Shown here piece by piece: positions 54,295 to 64,000 of a stretch of DNA of 64,000 bases. Positions within the stretch are counted from its first letter, which is position 1. Each line of letters begins with the position of its first letter. The notes beneath the pieces are model-generated. The model saw nothing but the letters and a program-made list of their open reading frames with translations. It made no database searches and was not told where the DNA came from. The stretch lies in NCBI RefSeq assembly GCF_050181815.1, contig NZ_JBFXCV010000003.1; one strand, written 5' to 3'. This DNA is from Methylocystis sp. GTDB lineage: Bacteria > Pseudomonadota > Alphaproteobacteria > Rhizobiales > Beijerinckiaceae. Position numbers and translations under genes: made by a program.

Positions 54295-54530
54295 GCCAGG
54301 TTGGTTGGGTAAAAGCCTAAGCGTCGAATGCGTCGCAGGAATTAGGCCCAGCTACGGTCCAAGTCGGGGAGGACGCCGAACAGAACGCGGTTCGCCAAGG
54401 TTCGAACAAGAGCCCGCGAACAGGCTATCGGAGCGACTTAAGACTTCGGAGCTTGGCGATTCAGTTCGGTTAAGGACGGGGTGCCAAAGAGCGGGGAGCG
54501 GCGGGACGCCATCCCCGCTCTTTGTGTTTT
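54295..54530 (+). ncRNA. Candidate ~230-nt small RNA (unassigned family)
   Basis: GTGACA-N17-TAGTGT (54260-54288) upstream, internal helices TCGCCAAG/CTTGGCGA and CCGAAC/GTTCGG, strong terminator at the end, and no credible ORF. Confidence 0.45.
54486..54530 (+). terminator. Intrinsic terminator
   Basis: Perfect 12-bp stem AAAGAGCGGGGA/TCCCCGCTCTTT followed by GTGTTTT. Confidence 0.75.
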
Positions 54531-54616
54531 GTCGACCTGTGATTCAGTCGTTAAGCGATTCTCTACGCCGCGCAGACTATCTACAATCGACCTGAACCGG
54601 AGCCGCGGGCCGTCGC

Positions 54617-54645
54617 CTTGACGGGCGATGACGCGCTTCCTACTT
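54617..54645 (+). promoter_or_regulatory. Candidate trxA promoter
   Basis: CTTGAC-N17-CTACTT, close to the alphaproteobacterial CTTGAC-N17-CTATAT consensus. Confidence 0.5.
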
Positions 54646-54687
54646 TTCGCGCACGCGAAACAAAGCAGTCCCGATGAAAGGCTGGCC

Positions 54688-55008
54688 ATGACCACGCAAA
54701 AAATCACTGACGCAACTTTCGAACAGGAAGTGCTCAAATCAGCCGAGCCGGTGGTCGTCGATTTTTGGGCGGAGTGGTGCGGTCCCTGCCGTATGATCGC
54801 CCCGGCGCTCGAAGAGATCGCTGCCGAAATGAAGGGGAAAATCAAAGTCGTTAAGCTCAACATCGACGAAAATCCCGCGGTGGCGAGCAAGCTCGGCATA
54901 AGGTCGATTCCGACGCTCATTCTGTTCAAGGACGGCAAGGCCGCCGCGCAAAAGGTCGGCGCCGCCCCCAAGGGCGAATTGTCGCGGTGGATCACTGCGG
55001 CCGTGTGA
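54688..55008 (+). CDS. trxA: Thioredoxin
   Basis: [10 protein letters not shown] and IRSIPTL. Confidence 0.97.
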   Translation: MTTQKITDATFEQEVLKSAEPVVVDFWAEWCGPCRMIAPALEEIAAEMKGKIKVVKLNIDENPAVASKLGIRSIPTLILFKDGKAAAQKVGAAPKGELSRWITAAV

Positions 55009-56302
55009 GCGAATCCGCGGCAAGGCTCGACAGCCATAGCGCCGCAAGGGCGCCGACGAGCGCGAGAATCGAAGCGGCGGCGAGCCGGCGTCCCATCCCG
55101 GCGCCGCCGATCGCTGTTCCCATCACCATTTTTGATGTCGTGTTCGAGAGCAGAGCCAGCAATACAGAGCCGGCCGCCGCCCTTGCGCCGATCTCGGTTG
55201 CGCCGAGGCGGGCCATAGTGAGCGTAATCGCGTCGACGTCCACGATGCCGGAAATGAGCGCCAACGCATAAGCGCCAACGCTTCCCGCGAAATGAGTCGC
55301 GAGTCGCGACAGCACCATCACTGTCGCGAGCAGCGCGCCGAATTTCAGCACCGCGACAAGATCGAGCGGATTGGCGACGGCAAGGCTGCTCGATTCCCCG
55401 GGACGCTCGCTTGCGCTTCGTCGCAGCAGAAAGACGCCAGCGAGCGCAAAAAGAACGCCGGCCGCAATGACCGGCGGCGCCAGGCGCCAGGCGAGCGGCG
55501 GGTTGATGACGGCGACAATGGCGAGGACGCGCGGCGCCATGATCGCATTCGCGAAAATCGCGCCCGCCGCGCAAGCGCCCATTTGCGAAGGATGTTCGCG
55601 CGCCAGCCGCGACATCGCCGCCGTTGCGGCGGTGGACGACGCCAGCCCTCCCGCCATGCCGGCGACAGCGACGCCGCGTCGATAGCCGACCAGCTTCACG
55701 GCGACATAGCCTGCGAAGGAAATCACGCCGATCAGAACGGTCATCAGCCACAATTCGAACGGGTTCACCGCGTCCCAAGGATCAATGGCGCGATTGGGCA
55801 GAACCGGAAGCAGGATGAAGCTCATGACGAGCAGCGCCACGCCGGAACGCAGTTCGTCCCAAGTGATGCGCTCGACGAATCCGTGCAGGAACGGCTTGAG
55901 CGCCAAAATCGCCGTTGTCGCCACCGCCGCGGCGACGGCCGCCTGAATATCGCCGACGACCGCATAGGCCCCGAGCGAGAAGGCAAGCAAGACCGCAACA
56001 GCGGTGGTTGCGCCATAGGTCTTGTCATGCATAGTTTCGCGGAAGCGATAAGCGCCGATCAACGCGCCGACGAAAACGAAGGCGATGGCCAATGCGACGA
56101 CGCCGATAGCGCCGTATGGCTGGACGATCGCGCCCCACACGCCGCCAAGCAGGCCGGCGAGCCCATGCGTGCGCAGACCGGCTGCGCGCTCGCCCTCCGC
56201 CTCGTCGCGCGACGCCCAGCCACGTTCGACGCCAATCAGCAAGCCGATCGCCAGCGCGATCGACAGTCTTTGGATGAGTTCGGCCGCGCTTAATTCGTAC
56301 AT
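54992..56302 (-). CDS. MgtC/SapB family, DUF4010-containing membrane protein
   Basis: [33 protein letters not shown]; 17-nt convergent overlap with trxA. Confidence 0.88.
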   Translation of the reverse strand: MYELSAAELIQRLSIALAIGLLIGVERGWASRDEAEGERAAGLRTHGLAGLLGGVWGAIVQPYGAIGVVALAIAFVFVGALIGAYRFRETMHDKTYGATTAVAVLLAFSLGAYAVVGDIQAAVAAAVATTAILALKPFLHGFVERITWDELRSGVALLVMSFILLPVLPNRAIDPWDAVNPFELWLMTVLIGVISFAGYVAVKLVGYRRGVAVAGMAGGLASSTAATAAMSRLAREHPSQMGACAAGAIFANAIMAPRVLAIVAVINPPLAWRLAPPVIAAGVLFALAGVFLLRRSASERPGESSSLAVANPLDLVAVLKFGALLATVMVLSRLATHFAGSVGAYALALISGIVDVDAITLTMARLGATEIGARAAAGSVLLALLSNTTSKMVMGTAIGGAGMGRRLAAASILALVGALAALWLSSLAADSLTRPQ

Positions 56303-56631
56303 TGCGTTTTCTTGCTGGTCCTTTTGTGTCTGGCGCCGCGCCAAGCGGTTTCAAGCGCGTCGCGCAGTTCGGCGATATCAACCGCTTCGAGCCGAATCGT
56401 GGTCCATCCCTGCCGTCCCCAGGCGTTGGGGACGGGCGCAAACGCCTGCGGCGCCATCATGCATTTGAACGCCTGCTCGTCAGGGGTGAATTTCAAATTC
56501 GCCGTCAGCCCATCGGCCGCAAGAGTCGCGTAGTTCCGCGCGACTTTGAATGCGGTTCTGTCGAAATGCGGCGCTTCGCCCGTTCCCTCTAGAGACAATG
56601 CGATGCGGCGAAACTCTTTGCTGGTGGCCAC
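56290..56631 (-). CDS. MmcQ/YjbR family protein
   Basis: ALSLEG..EAPHFDRTAFKV, WGRQGWT..L, AW. Confidence 0.85.
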   Translation of the reverse strand: MATSKEFRRIALSLEGTGEAPHFDRTAFKVARNYATLAADGLTANLKFTPDEQAFKCMMAPQAFAPVPNAWGRQGWTTIRLEAVDIAELRDALETAWRGARHKRTSKKTQCTN

Positions 56632-56726
56632 GAATGCTCCTTAAAACGCTAGCGCGGCGCGCCGCTCATATCATATGGCGCACGGCAGAACGTGCGCCCG
56701 AACGAAATCGGAAATAGAACAGTCGC

Positions 56727-57890
56727 ATGAATTTGCCCTTCGTTCCTTCAAATCGCTCCCAAGTCGCGCCGTTCATGGCCATGGACGTGCTTCGCGACGC
56801 CAAGGCGTTAGAGCGCGCCGGCCGCAGCATCGTCCATTTGGAGCTGGGCGAACCCGGCGTCGCAGCCCCGCGCCGCGTCCGCGAGGCCGCCATTGAGTCA
56901 CTGCGCCACGGCGCGATCGGCTATGGCGAGGCGCTCGGCGACGCGCCACTTCGCGCCCGCATCGCGCGTCACTATGGCGAGCGTTATGGCGTCGACGTCG
57001 CCCCCGACCGGGTCATCATTGCGACCGGTTCGTCCGGCGGCTTTCTCATCGCCTTTCTCGCCGCCTTCGACTCCGGCGCGCGCATCGCCGTCACCGCGCC
57101 TGGCTATCCGGCTTATGCGAATATTCTTTCAGCGCTCGGCTTGGAGCCGGTGCTGCTCGACGTCGGCGAGGAGACGCGCTTTGCGCCCACCGCCGCGATG
57201 CTCGAAGCCGCCCATCGCGAGAAAAAGCTTCACGGCGCGCTCTTCATGAGTCCGGCCAATCCGACCGGGGCGATGATTGCGCGCGACGAATTGGCGCAAA
57301 TCTGCGCCTTTTGCGACGAAGCCGGAATCGTCTTCGTCTCCGACGAAATCTATCACGGGCTCGAATATGAAATGCGGGCGGAAACCGCACTGCGCTTTTC
57401 GGATCGCGCGCTCGTCATCAATTCCTTCTCGAAATATTACGCGATGACCGGCTGGCGGCTCGGCTGGCTGGTGGCGCCTCCCGAGCTGATGCGTCCGCTC
57501 GAGCGCCTGCAGCAGTCGCTCGCGATCTGCGCGCCGACCTTGTCGCAGCGGGCGGCGCTCGCCGCTTTCGAGGCAGGCGACGAATTGGAGGCCAACCGCG
57601 CCGCCTATGCGCGCAACCGCACTTTCCTGCTCGATCGGCTTCCGCAATTGGGGCTGGACAAATTCGCGCCGCCCGACGGCGCCTTTTACATCTATGCCGA
57701 CGTGTCGCGATTCACCGACGACTCAATCACCTTCTCTCGGCGAATGCTGCATGAGGCCGGCGTCGCGACGACGCCCGGTCTCGATTTCGATCCGCGCCGG
57801 GGCGGGAAGACGCTGCGGATTTCCTACGCCGGACCGGAGGCCGACGTGCGCGAGGGCGTCGCCCGCCTGGAGGCGTGGCTCAAAGGTTAG
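56727..57890 (+). CDS. Class I/II PLP-dependent aminotransferase
   Basis: SPANPTG, SDEIYHG, INSFSKYYAMTGWRLGW. Confidence 0.93.
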   Translation: MNLPFVPSNRSQVAPFMAMDVLRDAKALERAGRSIVHLELGEPGVAAPRRVREAAIESLRHGAIGYGEALGDAPLRARIARHYGERYGVDVAPDRVIIATGSSGGFLIAFLAAFDSGARIAVTAPGYPAYANILSALGLEPVLLDVGEETRFAPTAAMLEAAHREKKLHGALFMSPANPTGAMIARDELAQICAFCDEAGIVFVSDEIYHGLEYEMRAETALRFSDRALVINSFSKYYAMTGWRLGWLVAPPELMRPLERLQQSLAICAPTLSQRAALAAFEAGDELEANRAAYARNRTFLLDRLPQLGLDKFAPPDGAFYIYADVSRFTDDSITFSRRMLHEAGVATTPGLDFDPRRGGKTLRISYAGPEADVREGVARLEAWLKG

Positions 57891-60826
57891 CCGCCGAAAG
57901 GCGTGCGCACTCGCTGCCACCAACCGCCTTTCTTCGGACGGTTGGGGTCGGCTTGAGTAATGACGACTTCCGTCGCCTCGCGCTGCACAACCGGCTGCGG
58001 CTCTGGCTCAGGCGCCAGCGCCTCGCGCGGAACGATCTCCGTCGAAATTTCGCGCGCAGGTCCTTCTGCGAGCGGCGCGGCTTCGGTTCCGTTCGCCGAG
58101 ACTGCGGGAGGAAACTCCGGTGCAGCATCTTCGCGCGAAGATATCAGCGCCTGAGCGTCTTCGCCCGTCTCGTCGAGCGGGAAGACCGCGGAAGGATCTT
58201 TGAATTCCTCCGGCAAAGGCGCCGATCGCCGCCAGCGGCCGGGACCGCGGTCCGGACCGCGGCCCGCGCCGCGTCTGCCGCCGCGACGGTCGGGCCGCTC
58301 TTCGGTCGGCGCCGGCGCACCCTCGATCGCCGCCATGAATGCGAGGCCTTCGTCGGACGGCTGCTCGATGCCGGGCGCCTGCTGCTCTCCGCCCTGCGCG
58401 CCGCCGCGACCACGGCGACGGCGCCGCCGTCGGCCACGCGACGCGGCGTCGTCTTCGGCGGCAAAGCGCGACCGGCCGCCGTTCTCCTGTCGACGCGGTT
58501 CACCGCCCGCCTCGGCGCCTTCCTCTTCGGCCTCCAAGATTTCGCCGGCGGCCGAGTCGTCGACCGCCTCTTCTTCCAATGGTTCGGCGCGGACCGAGTC
58601 GACGCGCAGCGGCGCATCGCGCTGCGACACGCGCGGTCCAGTCGCGAGTTCGCCGCGCTCGAGCGCGTGATAGGTCGCGCCGGTCAGCGTATCGTCGGCG
58701 GCGACCGTGATATGCACGCCGAAGCGGCTCTCCAGATCCTGCAGATGGGCGCGCTTTTGGTTGAGGATATAAAGCGCCACGACGGCGCGGGTGCGCAGCG
58801 TCACGTCATGCGCTGCGCTCTTGACAAGCGCCTCCTCCAGCACGCGCAGGACATGTAGCGCGATCGAAGCAGTGGACCGCACATGGCCGGCGCCGGCGCA
58901 ATGCGGACAGGGCACCGTCGAGCCTTCGACGACGCCGGCGCGGATGCGCTGACGCGACATTTCGAGCAATCCGAAATGCGAAATGCGACCTACCTGAATG
59001 CGGGCGCGGTCGCTCTTTAAGGCGTCCTTGAGCCGCCGTTCCACGGCGCGATTGTTGCGGCTCTCCTCCATGTCGATGAAATCGACGACGATCAAACCGG
59101 CAAGATCGCGCAGCCGCAGCTGCCGCGCGACTTCATCGGCGGCCTCGAGATTGGTGCGAAGCGCCGTGTCCTCGATATTGTGCTCGCGCGTCGAGCGCCC
59201 CGAGTTCACGTCGATCGCGACCAGCGCCTCGGTCTGGTTGATGACCAGATAGCCGCCCGACTTCAGCGTGACATGGTTTGAGAACATCGCGTCGAGCTGG
59301 GCTTCGACGCCGCTCTCGGCGAAAATTGGAAAAGGTTCGCGATGCGGGCGCACGTTCTTGGCGTGGCTCGGCATCAGCATGCGCATGAAGTCTTTCGCCT
59401 CGCGATAGGCGTCTTCGCCGGAAACCACCACTTCCTCGACGTCGCGTCCGTAAAGATCGCGAATGGCGCGCTTGATGAGCGAGCCTTCCTCATAGACGAG
59501 CGTCGGCGCCGAGGAGCGCAGCGTCAGTTCGCGCACGCTCTCCCACAGTCGCAGCAGATATTCGAAGTCGCGCTTAACCTCCTGCTTGGTGCGGGTCGCG
59601 CCGGCGGTGCGCAGAATGACGCCCATGCCCTCCGGCACTTCGAGATCATGGACGATCTCCTTGAGACGCTTGCGGTCGGCGCCGTCAGTGATCTTGCGCG
59701 AAATGCCGCCGCCGCGCGCGGTGTTGGGCATCAGCACCGAATAGCGGCCGGCGAGCGAAAGATAGGTCGTGAGCGCGGCGCCCTTGTTGCCGCGCTCTTC
59801 CTTGACGACCTGAACAAGCAGCACCTGACGGCGCTTGATGACTTCTTGAATCTTGTACTGACGGCGCGCGCGGGGGGCGCGATAGGGCGCTTCGTCCATG
59901 GCGTCGCCGCCGATATGTTCGACCTGATCTTCCTCGTCGTCGTGCTCTTCCTCATCGTGCTCCTCGACCGGAGCTTCGACGCGGGCATGGAGGTCCGCCG
60001 TTTCGTCTTGCGATTCTTCGCGGGCGCGTTCGCGCGCCGCGTCACGCTCGTCCTGCCGGCGCGCTTTCGACTCATGGTCGGGCTCGGGGGCTTGCAGCAC
60101 GAACTCCTCGGCCTCGCCGGTCTCGACCGAGCCGAAGCCGGCGGGATCGATGGAAATCTGCTCATGCTGCGCCGAGAGGACGGGCGGCTCGCCCTCCTCG
60201 CTCGGCGCAACTTGGGTCTCGCTGGCGACGCTTTCGGTCTGAGCCTCCGCCTCCTCCGCGAGAGGCTCGACAGCCGGCGCTTCCGTCTCGATCGCGGCGG
60301 GCGAAGCTGCGACAGCGGCTTCCGCTTCGGTTTCGGCGTCCGGCGCGTCGGCGAAACCCGTCTCGGCCTGGTCCTCGACGACGATCGACGTCGCGACCGA
60401 GTCGTCGACAGGCTCGCTCGTCACCGCCTCGTCGGCGTTGGCGCGCTTTTCGGCGCCTTCATACTGGCGGCGGCGCGAACGCCGTCCACGACTGTCGCGA
60501 CTGTGAGGCGCGCGCTCTTCCTCGTCCGCCAGCTGGTGGGCGCGGCTCTCTTCTTCGAGCAGCGCCTGCCGGTCGGCGACCGGAATTTGATAATAATCGG
60601 GATGGATTTCGGCGAAGGCGAGAAAGCCGTGACGGTTTCCGCCATAGTCGACGAAGGCGGCCTGCAGGGACGGCTCTACGCGCGTGACTTTCGCGAGATA
60701 AATATTGCCGCGCAGCGGTTTTTTGTCGGCAGCCTCGAAATCAAATTCCTGAACGCGGTTTCCGCGTAGAACGACTACGCGGGTCTCCTCCGGGTGGGAG
60801 GCGTCGATGAGCATCTTATTAGCCAT
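57887..60826 (-). CDS. rne: Ribonuclease E
   Basis: MLIDASHPEETRV, GNIYLAKV, long acidic S1 insertion, IDVNSG, DFIDM, CPHC, disordered C-terminus ending KGGWWQR. Confidence 0.96.
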   Translation of the reverse strand: MANKMLIDASHPEETRVVVLRGNRVQEFDFEAADKKPLRGNIYLAKVTRVEPSLQAAFVDYGGNRHGFLAFAEIHPDYYQIPVADRQALLEEESRAHQLADEEERAPHSRDSRGRRSRRRQYEGAEKRANADEAVTSEPVDDSVATSIVVEDQAETGFADAPDAETEAEAAVAASPAAIETEAPAVEPLAEEAEAQTESVASETQVAPSEEGEPPVLSAQHEQISIDPAGFGSVETGEAEEFVLQAPEPDHESKARRQDERDAARERAREESQDETADLHARVEAPVEEHDEEEHDDEEDQVEHIGGDAMDEAPYRAPRARRQYKIQEVIKRRQVLLVQVVKEERGNKGAALTTYLSLAGRYSVLMPNTARGGGISRKITDGADRKRLKEIVHDLEVPEGMGVILRTAGATRTKQEVKRDFEYLLRLWESVRELTLRSSAPTLVYEEGSLIKRAIRDLYGRDVEEVVVSGEDAYREAKDFMRMLMPSHAKNVRPHREPFPIFAESGVEAQLDAMFSNHVTLKSGGYLVINQTEALVAIDVNSGRSTREHNIEDTALRTNLEAADEVARQLRLRDLAGLIVVDFIDMEESRNNRAVERRLKDALKSDRARIQVGRISHFGLLEMSRQRIRAGVVEGSTVPCPHCAGAGHVRSTASIALHVLRVLEEALVKSAAHDVTLRTRAVVALYILNQKRAHLQDLESRFGVHITVAADDTLTGATYHALERGELATGPRVSQRDAPLRVDSVRAEPLEEEAVDDSAAGEILEAEEEGAEAGGEPRRQENGGRSRFAAEDDAASRGRRRRRRRGRGGAQGGEQQAPGIEQPSDEGLAFMAAIEGAPAPTEERPDRRGGRRGAGRGPDRGPGRWRRSAPLPEEFKDPSAVFPLDETGEDAQALISSREDAAPEFPPAVSANGTEAAPLAEGPAREISTEIVPREALAPEPEPQPVVQREATEVVITQADPNRPKKGGWWQRVRTPFGG

Positions 60827-61408
60827 GGGGAACTCTTCTGCGGCGCCGCGCGCGATGACGCCGACGGGGCAAGCCTGAGTCCGGGTGGGGACTCGGCGAC
60901 CGCTCTTTGGCGCAGCTTTAAGGCGCGAACGCTTGTTGTGAGGATAAAGGAGACAGGCCTGAAGCCTGCGATACGCTGGCCGACGCGCGCGCCGGTGGGA
61001 AGAGGAAGCGCGCTGCGCCCCGCCCCCCAGAATTGACGAACGAGCCGAGAGGCCATGCTTTTGGCGAAACCGCGCCCCACCGCGCGGATTATCCGCTCGG
61101 AGAAAAGGCCTTTACTGGCGCCTGTCACGGTTCTCGCCATCAGATCGTCAAAAAACCTTTCGCGACGCCTTAAGGCGGCGATCAAACGTCGCAGCTTGCG
61201 CTAGGCGGCGCGACGGAAAGATGTCAACTGTCCTGAAATTCCGCTGGCCCGATTTGACGGCCGCACTGCGCGGCAATTATCGCGCCACGGAACTCCCGCA
61301 GCCTTCACCCTACATATCGATCGGATTCGGTCGGCGCAAGCGCCGCCTCGGCTATTCACCAAAAAATTGGCGGAGAAAGTGTCCCAGAGTTGGCGGCTTT
61401 CAGATAGG

Positions 61409-61423
61409 CTAACGATGCGTTAA
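61409..61423. promoter_or_regulatory. Candidate CtrA box upstream of amiC
   Basis: CTAA-N7-TTAA, a 7/8 match to TTAA-N7-TTAA, 47 nt before the amiC GTG. Confidence 0.35.
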
Positions 61424-61470
61424 GGACGCTCTTTCAAATTGGAGGTCGCCGGACCAATTTAAGGACCAAC

Positions 61471-62733
61471 GTGAGCAGGATCGCTTTGCGCGCAGGGGCC
61501 AAACGATTGTTTATTCTGGCGCTCGCGGTCGCCGGCTGGCTTGCGCAAGCCGCCGCGGCCGACGAACGCCAGAAGGAAATCTCTGCGCTCACCGCCCGGA
61601 TTGAGGCGCTTCACGATCGTTCCCGCCTAGTCTTCGATCTCACGGGCCTGCCGCCGGTGACCGCCTATCCGGTGGCGAATCCGCCGCGCATTATCGTCGA
61701 TTTGCCTCAGGTGCTCTTTCGCATGGAGGCGAACGCGGGCCTATCTCCAGGTGATAAGCTCATAAAATCCTACCGTTACGGGATATTCGCGCCGGGACGC
61801 TCGCGCGTCGTGATCGATCTGACGGGACCGGCCAAGATACTCAAGGCGGACAGCGAGCCGGCGGCGAGCGGACCGCGGCTCGTCGTCGAACTCGCCCCGA
61901 CCAGCCCTGCCTATTTCGCCACGATTGCCGAAGAGGCCCGTCGCCAGTCTGGCGAGCCGCCAGCGCCGACCTTGACGCCACAGGCGGTCAAGCCATCCAC
62001 GGATAAGCCGGTCGTCGTCATCGATCCCGGCCACGGCGGGCTCGATATGGGCGCGACCGGCAAGCACGGGGAACTCGAAAAGGACGTGGTGCTCGAATTC
62101 GCGCTGGCGCTGCGGCAGAAGATCGAGGAGGGCGGCCGAGCGCGCGTCCTGCTGACCAGGGACCACGACACGTTCCTGCCGCTCGCCGAACGCGTGCGAA
62201 TCGGCCGCGAAAACAATGCGTCGCTGTTTGTTTCGGTCCACGCCGACACGCTCGCCGCCGCCCATGTCGAAGGCGCGACCGTCTACACCGCTTCGGAGCG
62301 CGCGTCGGACGCCGAAGCGGCGCGGATGGCGGAGAAGGAAAACCTCGCGGACCAGGCCGCCGGCCTCGAAAGCAAGGCGGACGCCGATGAGGTTGGAGAC
62401 ATATTGTTCGAACTGACGCGACGAGAGACCCGCGCCTACAGTCGCCAGTTTTCACATTCGCTGATCTCCTTTTGGAAGGAGGTCGGCGCGATTAATAAAA
62501 ATCCCAATCGCTCTGCAGGCTTCGTCGTGCTCAAAGCCTTTGACGTTCCATCGGTCTTGCTCGAGCTCGGATATCTCTCGAGCGACAAGGACCTCGCCCG
62601 GCTGACCTCCCAGGAATGGCGCGAGCGCGCGGCGCAGAAAACCGCCGAAGCCGTCGACGTCTTTATCAGCAAGCGCAGCCGCGAGGCGCGGGCTCCGGCA
62701 AATGGTCCCGCCGGCGCGGCGCGCCCACAATAA
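61471..62733 (+). CDS. amiC: N-acetylmuramoyl-L-alanine amidase
   Basis: AMIN-like N-terminal domains, VVIDPGHGG, EKDVVL, SVHAD, SVLLELGYLS. Confidence 0.92.
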   Translation: MSRIALRAGAKRLFILALAVAGWLAQAAAADERQKEISALTARIEALHDRSRLVFDLTGLPPVTAYPVANPPRIIVDLPQVLFRMEANAGLSPGDKLIKSYRYGIFAPGRSRVVIDLTGPAKILKADSEPAASGPRLVVELAPTSPAYFATIAEEARRQSGEPPAPTLTPQAVKPSTDKPVVVIDPGHGGLDMGATGKHGELEKDVVLEFALALRQKIEEGGRARVLLTRDHDTFLPLAERVRIGRENNASLFVSVHADTLAAAHVEGATVYTASERASDAEAARMAEKENLADQAAGLESKADADEVGDILFELTRRETRAYSRQFSHSLISFWKEVGAINKNPNRSAGFVVLKAFDVPSVLLELGYLSSDKDLARLTSQEWRERAAQKTAEAVDVFISKRSREARAPANGPAGAARPQ

Positions 62734-63116
62734 AACACAAAATAGCGGCACATGGAGACCGTCGCGACGCACGACCGCCCGGGCGTCGCAGGCGCCGAAC
62801 AACGCTAATGCGACGCCATATATTTGCTTTGCGGATAAATGCCGCCGGCGTCGCGGCAATTCGTGACCGTCGGCGTTCGCTTGCTCTGGGCAGGTCACCG
62901 ACGCCGAAACCCGCCAAACGGCGGAATGATGCAAAGGGGCGTTGTTTGGGGCGTTGTTTAAAGAAGGCGACGCAAAACGCGCAATCGCTCACTATATCCG
63001 AGCCGGAGGAACCGGCTGTGCGCCGGCCGGGGCCCTTCCCCGACTTCGCGAAATCGAATTCAACATCGGAAACGCTAGCCGACGCCCGGCGCCGGCCGCT
63101 CTAAGGGTGATATTTC

Positions 63117-64000
63117 ATGCGAATGCTCGCAAGGTTTTTGGGCTTCGTCTTCGCGACCGCGACGATCGTCTTCCTTATCGGGTCGTTCGCCGCCGGGGGG
63201 CTGATCTACTATTTCTCCAAGGACCTGCCCGACACTGAGCAGCTGCGCAATTACGAACCGCCGGTGACGACAAGACTCCATGCCGGCGACGGCTCGATCC
63301 TCGCAGAATATTCGCATGAGCGCCGGCTGTTCCTGCCAGGCTCCGCTATTCCGCAATTGGTGAAGCAGGCGTTCATCTCGGCCGAAGACAAGAATTTCTA
63401 CAATCACATCGGCGTCGACCCTGAAGGCGTGATGCGCGCCGTGACCGTGCTCGCGCAGGGCGGCCGCCATATGCAGGGCGCGTCGACCATCACGCAGCAG
63501 GTCGCCAAGAACTTCCTTGTCGGCAACGAACGCTCGATCGAGCGCAAGGTTCGCGAGGCGCTTGTCGCCTTCCGGATCGAGGCGGCCTATCCCAAGGACA
63601 AGATTCTCGAACTTTATTTGAACGAAATCTATCTTGGGCTCGGCAACTATGGCGTCGCCTCCGCCGCGCTCAACTACTTCAACAAATCGGTCAATGAACT
63701 CACGCTTGCCGAAGCGGCGTATCTCGCGGCGCTTCCCAAGGCGCCGAGCAATTATCATCCGTTTCAGAATCGCGAGCGCGCCATCGAGCGCCGCAACTAT
63801 GTCATCGATCGCCTGATCGCCGACGGCTATGTGACGGCCGAAGAGGGTGCCAAGGCGAAGGCCGAGCCGCTCGGCGTCAATCCGCGCGTTCTCTCGCCCA
63901 ACACCTATGTCGCTGGCTATTTCGCCGAAGAAGTGCGCCGTCAGCTGCTGGAGCAATATAGCGAGAAGAAGCTTTACGAGGGCGGACTCTCGGTTCGCAC
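63117..64000 (+). CDS. mrcA: Penicillin-binding protein 1A, 3' end outside the window
   Basis: TM anchor, AEDKNFY.H.GVD, GASTITQQVAKN, RKVRE, ILELYLN transglycosylase motifs. Confidence 0.92.
   Translation, partial: MRMLARFLGFVFATATIVFLIGSFAAGGLIYYFSKDLPDTEQLRNYEPPVTTRLHAGDGSILAEYSHERRLFLPGSAIPQLVKQAFISAEDKNFYNHIGVDPEGVMRAVTVLAQGGRHMQGASTITQQVAKNFLVGNERSIERKVREALVAFRIEAAYPKDKILELYLNEIYLGLGNYGVASAALNYFNKSVNELTLAEAAYLAALPKAPSNYHPFQNRERAIERRNYVIDRLIADGYVTAEEGAKAKAEPLGVNPRVLSPNTYVAGYFAEEVRRQLLEQYSEKKLYEGGLSVR

Noticed and set aside
54295-54530. Assigning the sRNA candidate to tmRNA, RNase P RNA, SRP RNA or 6S RNA
   Set aside because: It lacks the tag frame and acceptor end, GAGGAAAGUCC, and the SRP GGAAGGAAGCAG loop. 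The fold appears branched rather than rod-like. Rfam is needed to settle it.

Overview
A 64-kb, high-GC chromosomal segment of an alphaproteobacterium. A pmoC-family gene, PPi-dependent phosphofructokinase, pccB and a methylmalonyl-CoA mutase small subunit together suggest a type II methanotroph such as Methylocystis; this is inferred, not looked up. Most of the window is housekeeping: ada, hemW, aroC, polA, a 7-gene sulfate assimilation operon, secA, clpX-lon-hup-tRNA-Val, trxA, rne, amiC and PBP1A. The most striking accessory element is at 2808-4168 (minus strand). There, a secreted Cys/His-rich DUF2946/CutF/CruR-like leader protein ending in the ribosome-arrest motif RAPP sits directly upstream of a lone PmoC paralog that has lost two of three CuC ligands but kept all three CuD ligands. 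The 197-nt spacer between them can form mutually exclusive helices. This looks like a copper-sensing translational switch controlling an atypical PmoC. Other candidates are: a tightly coupled 7-gene ACP/NodE-like KAS/paired hotdog dehydratase/SDR/two-glycosyltransferase glycolipid operon; a CysN-DUF2061 membrane fusion; an unannotated ~230-nt sRNA candidate between pccB and trxA; a TacAT-type toxin-antitoxin module lying antisense over the end of a neighbouring gene; and several palindromic repeats that have been absorbed into gene termini. No CRISPR array, integrase or transposase was seen. All family calls come from motifs recognised by eye; no database searches were run.
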